This document shows positions 8,901 to 18,024 of a stretch of DNA of 64,000 nucleotides, in pieces. Numbering within the stretch: the stretch's first letter is position 1; each line of letters opens with the position of its first letter. A program made the position numbers and the translations under genes. Source of the DNA: Candidatus Sericytochromatia bacterium (GTDB lineage Bacteria; Cyanobacteriota; Sericytochromatia; S15B-MN24; VGJW01); assembly GCA_035285595.1 (NCBI GenBank), contig JAYKGV010000061.1:6874-70873 (forward strand), read 5' to 3'. Below the pieces are notes generated by a model. That model saw only the letters and a list, made by a program, of their open reading frames with translations, did not search any database and had not been told where the DNA came from.

Positions 8901-9719
8901 GTGCCGGTACCTGTCGTGCGTTTGCGTCCCGGGGACTTGCGTCCCCTCGAGGTTGCAGAACCCGGCATCGTGGCCGGGACCTTCGTCGTCTACGAAACCG
9001 ACCGCGGCCTCGAGTGTGGCCCAGCGCTGCTGTTGCCCGAGTCCATCGTCGAGCTGCGGGTAGATGGGCCAGCGGTCCCCTTGGTGCGGGTGGCTACCCA
9101 AGCGGATCGTTTGCAGCTCGAGACCAAATGGCGTGAAGAGGCCAAGGCCTTGCGGACCTGTGCCGAGCGGGTGGCGGCCCACGGCCTTGGCATGGACCTT
9201 GTCGATGCCGTGTACACCTTCGACTTCGTGAGGCTGACCTTCCACTACACGGCGGAGGGTCGGGTGGACTTTCGCGAGCTGCTCAAGGATCTGACGACGG
9301 TCTTTCGCAGGACCCGCATCGAGTTGCGCCAGATTGGCGTGCGCGACGAGGCACGCATGTTGGGCGGCGTGGGAGCGTGTGGCAAGGAGCTGTGCTGCAG
9401 CACCTTTCTCAAAGCTTTCATGCCCATCACCATGAAGATGGCGAGGGACCAGAACCTCCCGGCCAATCCCTCCAAGAACAGCGGCATGTGCGGCCGTCTC
9501 AAGTGTTGCCTGTCCTACGAGCACGCCATGGTGCTCGAGGTTCGGCAGGAGTTGCCGATGGTGGGCACGCCCGTCGTCACGCCGCAAGGCCCCGGGGTGG
9601 TCACGGCGGTCGACCCGGCCAATATCGCCGTCCGTGTCGAACTTGACGAGGATGGTCGTGAACTGCGGTTGCCTGGAGAGCGGATCCTGGCGACGGACCA
9701 CGGGGGACGAGTCACGTGA
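8901..9719 (+). CDS. PSP1 C-terminal domain protein (RicT/YaaT-like)
   Basis: Conserved PSP1 region (GVGACGKELCCSTFL...CGRLKCCLSYE). Start placed at GTG 8901, 4 nt after the holB stop. The ORF track's upstream extension overlaps holB. Confidence 0.8.
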   Translation: MPVPVVRLRPGDLRPLEVAEPGIVAGTFVVYETDRGLECGPALLLPESIVELRVDGPAVPLVRVATQADRLQLETKWREEAKALRTCAERVAAHGLGMDLVDAVYTFDFVRLTFHYTAEGRVDFRELLKDLTTVFRRTRIELRQIGVRDEARMLGGVGACGKELCCSTFLKAFMPITMKMARDQNLPANPSKNSGMCGRLKCCLSYEHAMVLEVRQELPMVGTPVVTPQGPGVVTAVDPANIAVRVELDEDGRELRLPGERILATDHGGRVT

Positions 9720-10513
9720 GACCTGACTGGCTGTCGGAGGGGACCTTCCCCCTCGTCGGCGTGGTGCATCTGCCGGCTTTGCCGGGTGCTCCCGATGCCA
9801 CACTTTCTCTGGACGAAGTCGTGGCTTGGGCAAGCAGGACCGTTTCAGCTTTCCGAGAGGGGGGCATCAGGGTTCTCATTCTCGAGAATTACGGAGACCG
9901 TCCCTTCGTCCGTGGGCGCGTGCCCGCCGTAACCGTCGCGTCCTTGACCGTGGTGGCCGAGCGCCTGCGGGCTCTCTTCCCGGACGTGCGCTGGGGGATC
10001 AACGTGTTGCGCAACGATGGGGCGTCGGCCCTTGCTGTGGCCCATGCGACAGGGGCCGATTTCGTGCGGGTCAACGTGTTGGTGGGAGCCGTGCTTGCGG
10101 ACCAGGGCGTGATTCAGGGAGAGGCCTGGGAGCTTGCCCAGTTGCGGCGTCAGTTGGCGACGAAGGTTGCCCTGTTCGCGGACGTGGTAGTGAAGCATGC
10201 GGTGCCGCTGGCACCTTATGGTCTCGAGGACCAGGCAAGGGACGCCGTCTCACGAGGGGGTGCCGATGCGCTCATCTTGTCCGGGGTGGCCACGGGGTCC
10301 GCGGCCGACCCCGAAGACTTCACCCGGGTCCGGGCTGCGGTGCCTGGCGTGCCTTTGCTTGTGGGTTCGGGTTTCTCGCACGTCAACGTCACCGACTTCC
10401 TCCCGTGTGCATCAGGAGCCATCGTTGCCTCCGCGCTCTACGATCAGAGGGGGTGCATCGCCGTAGACAGGGTCGCTTCCCTCGCCCGCCTCGTCCAGGC
10501 GGGACAGCCTTGA
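9716..10513 (+). CDS. BtpA/SgcQ family TIM-barrel protein
   Basis: Full-length similarity to the BtpA family (VGVVHLPALPG..., ILENYGD, SGFSHVNV). Start overlaps the preceding gene's stop. Confidence 0.75.
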   Translation: MRPDWLSEGTFPLVGVVHLPALPGAPDATLSLDEVVAWASRTVSAFREGGIRVLILENYGDRPFVRGRVPAVTVASLTVVAERLRALFPDVRWGINVLRNDGASALAVAHATGADFVRVNVLVGAVLADQGVIQGEAWELAQLRRQLATKVALFADVVVKHAVPLAPYGLEDQARDAVSRGGADALILSGVATGSAADPEDFTRVRAAVPGVPLLVGSGFSHVNVTDFLPCASGAIVASALYDQRGCIAVDRVASLARLVQAGQP

Positions 10514-10579
10514 CAGGCCGTGCCTGACTGAGGTCGACGGGCCGATCGAGGGCAATCTGGTGGGCGGGGGGGCCATGCC

Positions 10580-13552
10580 ATGTCCTTGTCGCCGCAGGCA
10601 GGGTCGCCGGGTCGCAGGCGTTGGCTGACGCTGATGTTCGCGGACCTGGTGGACTTCTCGTCCCAGGCACGGCAACTCGAGGCCGAGGCCTTGCTGGAGC
10701 TTCTTCATCAAGTCTTTGCGGTGCTGGTGCCGCCGATAGAGGCTGCGGGCGGGCGGATCGACAAATTCCTCGGTGACGGTCTGCTGGCCTGCTTCGGGGA
10801 TCCTGCCGGTCACGAAGACGATGCGGAGCGGGCCGTCGGTGCGGCCTTGTCCATGCAGCGGGCCCTGGCGATCTCGCGGTCCTGGACGGCCGGCGGTGAG
10901 CCTCTCGCGATGCGGATCGGTCTGGCGTCAGGGCTTGTGGTGAGCGGCCCCATCATGGCAGGTGCCCGAGAGGAATGGACTGTCGTCGGAGCGACCGTTC
11001 ATCTGGCCAAGCGGCTAGAGTCTCTGGCTCCCCCCGGTTGTGTCCTCGTCGATGAGGCGACCCGCCGTCTCGCGAGAAGGCGTTACGCCTTCCAGCCCCA
11101 GGGCGAGCGTCCTCTGAAGGGTTTCCCGGTGGCCGTGCCGTCCTTTCGGGTGCTCGGGCCGCGTGCAGTGCCCGCAACTGGCCGTGTCCGCAACGAGTTC
11201 GTCGGTCGCGAGGCCGAGTTGGCCTTGTGGCAGGATCACCTGCGAAAGGTCGGTGCCACGGCCACGCGGTTTGCTATCACCGGCCCGGCGGGTATCGGCA
11301 AGAGTGCGCTGCTGGATCGGTTTCATGCCTTGGCCCGTCGTTCGGGTTCGGGGAGGATCATCCGCCCGGGGCGAGGCGTACACAGGCCGGACGAGCCTGG
11401 TGCTTATCTTGCGGGCTTGTGGGGGATGCTGGCGTGTGGGCTCGCCATGCCGGTGTCTAGAGACGGTGAGCTCTTGCTTCGTCTGAGAGCCGTCACGCCG
11501 GCCGAGCCCGTGATCTGGTTGCTGGACGACGGTCACGCGATGGATCCGTGGTCCCGTAGGCTGCTTGCCTCATGGGCCGCCGGCCTGCCCGTCGGGCACC
11601 TGCTGGTGGTGGCGGGACGAGACGAAGGCCTTGCCGAGGACTTCTCGGCTACCTCCGTGGTGCTGTCTGGACTTGCCGACGATGCGGCCATGCGGTTGCT
11701 TCATCTTCTCGAACACAAGGACGGCACTCCGCCGACGCCGTCGGAACTGGTGCGCTGGCGGCGCATCATTGGCCGTGCCGGAGGCAATCCACTGCATTTG
11801 CGCGAACTGTGGCGCGCTGATGCCGAGGGACGCTCAGGGATGACGGGCCTGCCCCAGTCTCTCCACGGCCTGCTGCAGGCCCGTGTCGATGCCCTGCCGG
11901 AGTCCGAGCGTGCCCTGGCCCGGCTGGCGGCGGTCCTGGGGCCTCGCTGGCCGATGGGCTTGTGGGAACAGTTGCTGGATCGAGACGAGGCAGAGGCAGC
12001 CCGACTGCTGTACGAGCGGGGCATCCTGCGCGCTTGGAGTGAGGACGAGCTGGGCTTCGCGGATGCCTTGCTGCAGGAGGTTCTCTATGGGCAGCTGCTC
12101 GCACCCGAGCGCCGACAGCACCATGCCAGGGTGGCCGCATGCCCCGCCATGGCGGGCCTGTCCCCGGCGTGGCGGGCCCGGCAGGTGGAAGGCGCCGGCA
12201 TGCCGGATCTAGCCAGGATGGCGTGGCGCGAGGCCGCCTCATCGGCCCTTTCTGCGGGTGCTCCGGTGGAGGCTCTGGCCTTTCTTGAGAGAGGCAGGGC
12301 ACTGGAGGATCCGGCCGGGTGGACGTTGTGGCTCAGGGCTCGCCTTGCTGCCGGTCAGGCGATGACGGCAGGTCCCGAGCTGGTCGGGGCCCTGGCGCTT
12401 CTGAACGGTCCGAATCCTGACCCGGATTTGGCCGTGGCCGTGGTCCGCGTGTTCGACGCACTCGGCCGTTACGACGAGGGCATGGCCATGTTGCTTGAGG
12501 TCAAGGAGCGTCTCGGGGAAGGATTTGGGGGGGCACGAATAGAGGCCGATCTGGCTTGGCTTGCGATGAGGCTCGGGCGCTTGCGAGAGGCAAGACGACG
12601 GGCCGCGGGCGCCCTGCGTCGGATGTCGGGACGTCCGCTCGAGTCCAGCGATCTCGATCTGGTGGCTAGGTTGCACCATGACCTGGCGGTGCATGAGCGC
12701 CTTGCCGGTCACATGGGCTCTGCGAGAAGGCACGCCCTCAAGGCGCTGAAGCTGCGGACCATGCGAGGGGATTGCCTGGGCGAGGCCGACGCGTGGCATA
12801 ACCTCGGGACCATTTTGCATGCCCGCGGGGATCTCCGCGCTGCCATGCGGGCTCTCGGCCGAGGGCGGAGCCTCTATCTGGAGTCGGGCGCGACGCGCCG
12901 GTGGCTTGCGCTCGAACTCAATGTCGGAGCCGTTCGCCTGGACTTGGGAGAGGTTTCCCCGGTGCTCCATCAGGCCCCTTCATGGGAAGAGCGCGCCGTG
13001 CACGAAGGAGATCGCCTGACGGCGGCGTGTCTCGCGTTGCTGCAGGCTCAGGCGGTCTTGCTCCTGGGTATGCCGCAAGATGCGGGTGCCCATCTCGAGA
13101 GGGCCGAGGAGATTCTCGCCTCACTTGGAGATTCGGCTCCGTGGGCCGAACTTTGGCGCCTGAGAGGGATTCGATCGGCGATGTCCGGAGACCTGGGCGA
13201 GGCCGGAATCCAGCTGCGGCGCGGAGCCTTGCTGGCACAGTCCGGGGAGGACCTCCATCAGGCCGCCTTGCTACATCGTGCCCTCGCCCGCCTCGCGTGG
13301 GCCCTGGGGGAGCTGGACGAGGCTTTGCGCGAGGCAGGTAAAGCCGTGACCTGGCACGTGCGCCTAGGCACCTTTCTCGAACAGGCCCGCAGCTTGAGGC
13401 TCCTGCAAGAGGTTTCGCGAGAGGCGGGTCGGGATCTTCCGGGGAATGTCATCATGGCATGGGAACCACTCGAGAGAATCCGCAAGTCCGGAGCCGTCGA
13501 GGAGGCGCGCAAGCTGGAGAGCGTGGAGGGTGTGAAAGCATGGCAACCGTGA
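10580..13552 (+). CDS. Adenylate/guanylate cyclase domain - AAA(STAND) ATPase - TPR multidomain regulator
   Basis: N-terminal class III cyclase fold (LTLMFADLVDFS...KFLGDGLLACFG). Then FVGREAELALW...ITGPAGIGKSALLDRF (AAA_16/STAND P-loop). Then about 500 aa of TPR-like helical repeats. No HTH detected. Confidence 0.75.
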   Translation: MSLSPQAGSPGRRRWLTLMFADLVDFSSQARQLEAEALLELLHQVFAVLVPPIEAAGGRIDKFLGDGLLACFGDPAGHEDDAERAVGAALSMQRALAISRSWTAGGEPLAMRIGLASGLVVSGPIMAGAREEWTVVGATVHLAKRLESLAPPGCVLVDEATRRLARRRYAFQPQGERPLKGFPVAVPSFRVLGPRAVPATGRVRNEFVGREAELALWQDHLRKVGATATRFAITGPAGIGKSALLDRFHALARRSGSGRIIRPGRGVHRPDEPGAYLAGLWGMLACGLAMPVSRDGELLLRLRAVTPAEPVIWLLDDGHAMDPWSRRLLASWAAGLPVGHLLVVAGRDEGLAEDFSATSVVLSGLADDAAMRLLHLLEHKDGTPPTPSELVRWRRIIGRAGGNPLHLRELWRADAEGRSGMTGLPQSLHGLLQARVDALPESERALARLAAVLGPRWPMGLWEQLLDRDEAEAARLLYERGILRAWSEDELGFADALLQEVLYGQLLAPERRQHHARVAACPAMAGLSPAWRARQVEGAGMPDLARMAWREAASSALSAGAPVEALAFLERGRALEDPAGWTLWLRARLAAGQAMTAGPELVGALALLNGPNPDPDLAVAVVRVFDALGRYDEGMAMLLEVKERLGEGFGGARIEADLAWLAMRLGRLREARRRAAGALRRMSGRPLESSDLDLVARLHHDLAVHERLAGHMGSARRHALKALKLRTMRGDCLGEADAWHNLGTILHARGDLRAAMRALGRGRSLYLESGATRRWLALELNVGAVRLDLGEVSPVLHQAPSWEERAVHEGDRLTAACLALLQAQAVLLLGMPQDAGAHLERAEEILASLGDSAPWAELWRLRGIRSAMSGDLGEAGIQLRRGALLAQSGEDLHQAALLHRALARLAWALGELDEALREAGKAVTWHVRLGTFLEQARSLRLLQEVSREAGRDLPGNVIMAWEPLERIRKSGAVEEARKLESVEGVKAWQP

Positions 13553-13719
13553 AGCGGCCGGTGCCCTGGGCGGCCGGGATTGCCCTGTGCCTGTGTCTCC
13601 TCGTCGCGGCGTGCGAATTTCCTGGTTTCGTCCTTGGAGATCCCACCTTGGTGCCCACGCCGACGCCCAGTCCTGCCTCGATACCCGGTGCACCACGTCC
13701 GATGGGAGCCCGTCGATGA
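13540..13719 (+). CDS. Small putative lipoprotein (59 aa)
   Basis: MATVKRPVPWAAGIALCLCLLVAACEFP... signal peptide with lipobox LVAAC, then a Pro/Thr-rich tail. Overlaps the end of the upstream gene and the start of tgt. A short ORF in GC-rich DNA, so uncertain. Confidence 0.3.
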   Translation: MATVKRPVPWAAGIALCLCLLVAACEFPGFVLGDPTLVPTPTPSPASIPGAPRPMGARR

Positions 13720-14837
13720 CCGAACCAGCCGTCCGCATGACGGTCCTGGCCAGCGTCGGCGCCGCCAGAGCGGGTATTCTGCATACTCCTCACGGGGACA
13801 TTCCGACGCCAACCTTCATGCCGGTGGGCACCCAGGCGACGGTCAAGGCCCTGTTGCCGGACCAGGTCGCATCGACCGGGGCGGGGATCGTGCTGGCCAA
13901 TGCGTTTCACTGCATGTTGCGTCCGGGTTCCGACCGGGTGGCGCGGGCGGGCGGCCTGCATGCCTTCATGCGCTGGTCCGGGGCGGTCTTGACGGATTCC
14001 GGGGGGTTCCAGGTCTTCTCGCTCGCCGCGTTGCGTTCCATCACCGAGGAGGGTGTGCACTTCCGGAGCCCTGTGGATGGCTCGCGATGGTTCATGGACC
14101 CCGAACGATCGATGCGGGTGCAGATGGAACTTGGGGCGGACATCGCCATGGTCTTCGACGAGTGCATCAGGTTGCCGGCGACACCCCGCGAAGTGAGGAG
14201 CGCCGTGGATCGCACCACCCGCTGGGCCGAGCGCTGCCTTGCGGTTCACGATCGTCCCGACCAAGCGCTTTTCGGTATCGTACAGGGCGGCATCGATCCC
14301 GAGGAGCGGAGACGCTCCGCCGAGGCACTCGTGCCGATGGACTTTCCTGGCTATGCCGTGGGCGGATTGTCCGTCGGAGAATCCCGCGAGGACATGGCAC
14401 GGACGCTAGGAGCCACCACGCCGCTGTTGCCGGAATCCAAGCCTCGCTATCTGATGGGTGTGGGGACTCCGGAGGACCTTCGGCTAGCCATTTCTCATGG
14501 CATCGACATGGCCGATTGCGTCCATCCGACACGGATGGCCCGTCACGGTACCGTCTGGTCGGGCGAGGGCCGGTTCCACCTTAAGGCGGCACGTTTTGCC
14601 GACGACGAACGCCCTATCGACCCCGAATGCGATTGCTTGACGTGCGCCCGCTTTGACCGTCGTTACCTGCATCATCTCGTCCGCTCGGGCGAACTTCTGG
14701 CACATACCCTTCTCTCCCTGCACAACCTGCGACATCTGCAGCGGCGTGTCGAGCATTGGCGTGCCGAAATCCTGGCCGGTACGTTCCAACCCAACCTGAT
14801 GCCTGTGGAAAGGGTCGCCGCCGGCGGCGCAGGTTGA
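13716..14837 (+). CDS. tgt: Queuine tRNA-ribosyltransferase
   Basis: LTDSGGFQVFSL, MGVGTPEDL and Zn site CDCLTC...H. Start at ATG 13716 (MTEPAVRM). The longer ORF-track version is an over-extension. Confidence 0.9.
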   Translation: MTEPAVRMTVLASVGAARAGILHTPHGDIPTPTFMPVGTQATVKALLPDQVASTGAGIVLANAFHCMLRPGSDRVARAGGLHAFMRWSGAVLTDSGGFQVFSLAALRSITEEGVHFRSPVDGSRWFMDPERSMRVQMELGADIAMVFDECIRLPATPREVRSAVDRTTRWAERCLAVHDRPDQALFGIVQGGIDPEERRRSAEALVPMDFPGYAVGGLSVGESREDMARTLGATTPLLPESKPRYLMGVGTPEDLRLAISHGIDMADCVHPTRMARHGTVWSGEGRFHLKAARFADDERPIDPECDCLTCARFDRRYLHHLVRSGELLAHTLLSLHNLRHLQRRVEHWRAEILAGTFQPNLMPVERVAAGGAG

Positions 14838-14844
14838 TGCTCGC

Positions 14845-15495
14845 CTAGGGTGGACCTGCCTTGACCGTCGCATCGACGATCAGGATGACCAGGCCCATGG
14901 TGGCTGCGACGGTGCCCAGCCATAACCCTTCCCAGATCAGTTTCCAGCGCTGCTCCTCGCGCGCGGCTTCCTCTCGCGCGTCGGGTGCCTGCGGGCGAGG
15001 AGGCGAGGTCAGTGCGCGAAAGCCCAAGGCATCCTCAAAGGCCCGGACATCATAGGCCACCTGGGCCTGCCACGCGCCGGGGCCACCCGCGTAGCGGACC
15101 TGACGGATCGCCCCTTCGTCGAAATGACGTCGCAGACGCAGGATGATTTCATCGTGGCTAGTTTTATGTGTATCTGAAATTGTTGATGGGTCATGCTGAT
15201 TTATTGCTATGATGCCAAGCTTGATAATGTTGTCTTGTAGATTTGGCAGGATGTTGCGTATGGCCGCAGCCTCGGGTTCAGGAACGGGATATGCACTCCA
15301 CAGCCACGTCCCGTCCCACCACACCGTTCTCTCGGACCACGGAGAGGTCGATCCGGACGGTCGCTCGGCAAGTTCCCGGCCCCCCCCATCTTCGAGCCAG
15401 ACCTGTTCGGTGGCCGCGACCGCGCGCGAGGGGCCCCAACCCAGAATGGTCATGGCCACCAGCAGGGAGAGCCCGGTCCTCGGTCGGACCCTCAT
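14845..15495 (-). CDS. Hypothetical secreted/membrane protein containing an AT-rich in-frame patch
   Basis: 216 aa. N-terminal signal peptide, C-terminal TM helix. Start overlaps the stop of the upstream DUF445 gene by 4 nt. Codons for ...NILPNLQDNIIKLGIIAINQHDPSTISDTHKTSHDEIIL... fall in a roughly 110-bp AT-rich stretch. Confidence 0.5.
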   Translation of the reverse strand: MRVRPRTGLSLLVAMTILGWGPSRAVAATEQVWLEDGGGRELAERPSGSTSPWSERTVWWDGTWLWSAYPVPEPEAAAIRNILPNLQDNIIKLGIIAINQHDPSTISDTHKTSHDEIILRLRRHFDEGAIRQVRYAGGPGAWQAQVAYDVRAFEDALGFRALTSPPRPQAPDAREEAAREEQRWKLIWEGLWLGTVAATMGLVILIVDATVKAGPP

Positions 15496-17408
15496 ACGCG
15501 TACGAACCTGAGCATCAGCAGCACCATGCCCACTCCGGCCGCCACGACACCCACCAGGTCGGGCAGGCCCACGAGCGGAGAGAGTTCTGCGATCTTGCGG
15601 AAGAACAGGGTGGCGGTCAGTCCCGCCACGCCTCCGAACAACAGGCCAATCAGGAAAATCGTGTTGAACTCTCTTCTTGCCAGACGACGCTTCACGACGT
15701 CCTCGATGGCCGCCGGCTCGGCTCGCATGATGCCCGTACGCACCATGTCCTTGAAATCCAGGGTCTCGGCCACTCGGTGGGCCTGTGCCCGGATCAGGCT
15801 CTTGACCTGCGTCGCAAGCAGAAGCTCGAGACGGTCCGTGCGCTCCTCACCCAGCCACTCGGCGGGGCGACCGATGGGCAATCCCATCAAGGCCTCGAGG
15901 CCTCGGGCTACCCAACGCTGCAAGGTCTCGCGGGCCAACGGCTCCGCCGTCAGGTCACAGGCTCGATCCACAGCGTGACGCAATGGCGTGCGTGGCCAAG
16001 CGCCCGCGACCGCGCCGGCCTCGAGGGCTGCGGCATAGGCGAGGACCTCCGCCGTCATTTCGGGGTCTCTAGGGGGATTCTCTCGCAGCCAGGACGCCAG
16101 CCGGGCAGGACTTCCCGCCGTGGCAGCGGTCACCAGTTCTGGAGCGGCCCCCCCCGCAGGATGAAGCTCTTGCAAGCGGGGCAGCAGGATCTCTGGCCAA
16201 GAGGCCAGAGGCAACTCATCCAACTCCGCGAGCCGCCGGCCGACGGGATCGGCTTCACGCCACGAGCGAGGCAAGAAGCGCTCGATCGGGGTCGCCAGCA
16301 AGCGGTGTACCCCCAGTCGGGCAAGTTCGGTGGCCAGCGACAGGGCAATAGGGCTGCGCAGCACGGTAGCGATTCCCTGGATGAGTTCCTCTCTTCCCCT
16401 CGCTCCGAGCCGTCCATACCAGGCGCCGACCGGAGTGACGCGCATCTCGGCAAAGGCCCGGTCGATGCGGTCGCGGACGAAGGTCAGGGTATCGGGGTCC
16501 TCGAGGGCCCGACGGAGGCGGGGCAGCGTTTCGTCGACGAACTGGTCGAGGCGTTTGGAGAAGTCTTCCGGAAAGAGCTGCCGCCAAGCTCCCAGTAACC
16601 CTTCCACGGAGAACAGGTTTGGACTGGTCGCGACCAGGCGGTCGATCACATCGAGGAGGTAGGTCTTGAGGAAGGCCTTGACCCTGGGCTCACGCAACAC
16701 GTCCTCAAGAATGCGCGCCAGATCCGGCAGACGATCCTTGAGGCGCTGCTGGATGAGGTCCACGGTCTGCTGGGGGACGAGTTCGGGTAGGGGACCCAAG
16801 CCGGCGAGCCAGGCATCCAAGCGACGCGCCTCCCCCTCGGCATCACCCGTCCAGTCCGAAAATCTCCCGGAGAGGTGCTGGACCAATCGGTCGGCCAGAT
16901 CGGGTGGCAAGGTGGCGTCGAGCGCTCGCGGGCCCCATTGTGCCAGCAGATCTTCGGCCAGATTGGCCAGACGGGCCCTGAAGGAGGGGCGGGCCAGCAG
17001 GCCGGCCAAGCCTTCGGAGGCCTTCTCCGCCAACATGACGATTTCGGCATCGACGTCCGCCGCGGCACCCAGATGGTGTTGCAACAAGTCCCGAGCCGAA
17101 GGATGCTCGCCCTGCAGCACCTCGCGCAGGATATCCCGCACGGTGGTTTCAACCTTGCGGGAGACGTCACCCGATTCGAGGTAGGCCGATAGTCGTTCCC
17201 GGGTGATCAGTCGCTCTTCGATCAGCAGGGCCACCTGGTCGGCAAGTGCTTCCTGACGCCGCGGAAGGACTCCGAGTTCACGGATGAGCGGCAGGTTGAT
17301 GCGGCGGTAGGGATGGAAGAGGAACCATACTGCAGAAAAGTCGACAAGCCTGCCCGCGATGGCCGAGGCGAAGACCACAACCAGGATCTCGGTCAGGGAC
17401 ATGGACAC
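15492..17408 (-). CDS. DUF445 family membrane protein
   Basis: 638 aa with an N-terminal TM, a long helical middle, and a C-terminal region (MVRTGI...EFNTIFLIGLLFGGVAGL) typical of DUF445/YjiN-like proteins. Confidence 0.6.
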   Translation of the reverse strand: MSMSLTEILVVVFASAIAGRLVDFSAVWFLFHPYRRINLPLIRELGVLPRRQEALADQVALLIEERLITRERLSAYLESGDVSRKVETTVRDILREVLQGEHPSARDLLQHHLGAAADVDAEIVMLAEKASEGLAGLLARPSFRARLANLAEDLLAQWGPRALDATLPPDLADRLVQHLSGRFSDWTGDAEGEARRLDAWLAGLGPLPELVPQQTVDLIQQRLKDRLPDLARILEDVLREPRVKAFLKTYLLDVIDRLVATSPNLFSVEGLLGAWRQLFPEDFSKRLDQFVDETLPRLRRALEDPDTLTFVRDRIDRAFAEMRVTPVGAWYGRLGARGREELIQGIATVLRSPIALSLATELARLGVHRLLATPIERFLPRSWREADPVGRRLAELDELPLASWPEILLPRLQELHPAGGAAPELVTAATAGSPARLASWLRENPPRDPEMTAEVLAYAAALEAGAVAGAWPRTPLRHAVDRACDLTAEPLARETLQRWVARGLEALMGLPIGRPAEWLGEERTDRLELLLATQVKSLIRAQAHRVAETLDFKDMVRTGIMRAEPAAIEDVVKRRLARREFNTIFLIGLLFGGVAGLTATLFFRKIAELSPLVGLPDLVGVVAAGVGMVLLMLRFVRV

Positions 17409-17409
17409 G

Positions 17410-18000
17410 TCAGATGTCGTCCCCCGGAAGACCGGTCGCCCGCTTGCGGGCTTCGTCTTCCTTGGCAGCTGAGACCACGGAGCCCACGAGGTAGAGCGGG
17501 AGCCCCAGTCCTAGCCCCCACATCATCATCGGCCCGGCATAAGGACCGATGGGCAGAGCGGCGAGACCTGCACCAGCGCCCGAGGAGGCTGGCGTCGCGC
17601 CGGGACTGGTGTTGCCCGTGCCCGTGGAACCTTGCAGATTGGTGGCGAGTCCCAGTAGCCCCACGATGACGCCTGCCATGCCTACGGTTCCCACCCAGAC
17701 CTCCCAGCGATGCCACGGCTCGGATGGCCCCGAGCCGGAGGCAGGAATCGACGTGGCTCCCAGATCCCGGACTGGGGGGGACGCGACCTCTGAGCTCTTT
17801 TCTCGCCAAATCTCCACAGAAGGTGATGGAGAGGCGACAGGTCGGGTGGCACCCTCGATCCGAACCGCCTCTTCATCGGGCGCCTGTGCCATGGCAGGTG
17901 TCTGCATCGTGCAGGTGAGGGCCAGCAGCGCCACGAAAGCTGCCACGGTGTCACGGCTGGAACGTGAGGCCCGGTCAGGGCGGGGCGGGAGGCCGGGCAC
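17410..18000 (-). CDS. Hypothetical secreted/membrane protein
   Basis: 196-aa ORF with a signal-peptide-like N-terminus and a Gly-rich TM segment near the C-terminus. Directly upstream of, and co-oriented with, the DUF445 gene. Confidence 0.45.
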   Translation of the reverse strand: MPGLPPRPDRASRSSRDTVAAFVALLALTCTMQTPAMAQAPDEEAVRIEGATRPVASPSPSVEIWREKSSEVASPPVRDLGATSIPASGSGPSEPWHRWEVWVGTVGMAGVIVGLLGLATNLQGSTGTGNTSPGATPASSGAGAGLAALPIGPYAGPMMMWGLGLGLPLYLVGSVVSAAKEDEARKRATGLPGDDI

Positions 18001-18024
18001 GTTCGGGTCGGTCCTGAAACCCGG

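Noticed and set aside
8310-9833. 507-aa minus-strand ORF overlapping holB and PSP1. Similar long antisense or alternative-frame ORFs: 1612-2937(+), 5294-6313(-), 17975-19726(-), 31947-33230(-), 33530-34693(-), 34492-35823(-), 41215-42327(+), 43281-44177(-), 54873-57182(-), 60287-61426(-), 60868-62031(-).
   Set aside because: Each lies opposite or out of frame to a gene with clear family motifs. The translations are Arg/Pro/Gly/Ala-rich with no recognisable domains, the usual artefact of stop-poor high-GC DNA.
10580-13552. Considered the cyclase-STAND-TPR protein as an antiviral STAND (Avs-like) defence gene.
   Set aside because: Its architecture matches known bacterial signalling regulators. 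No nuclease, protease or other effector domain is present, and no defence-island neighbours.
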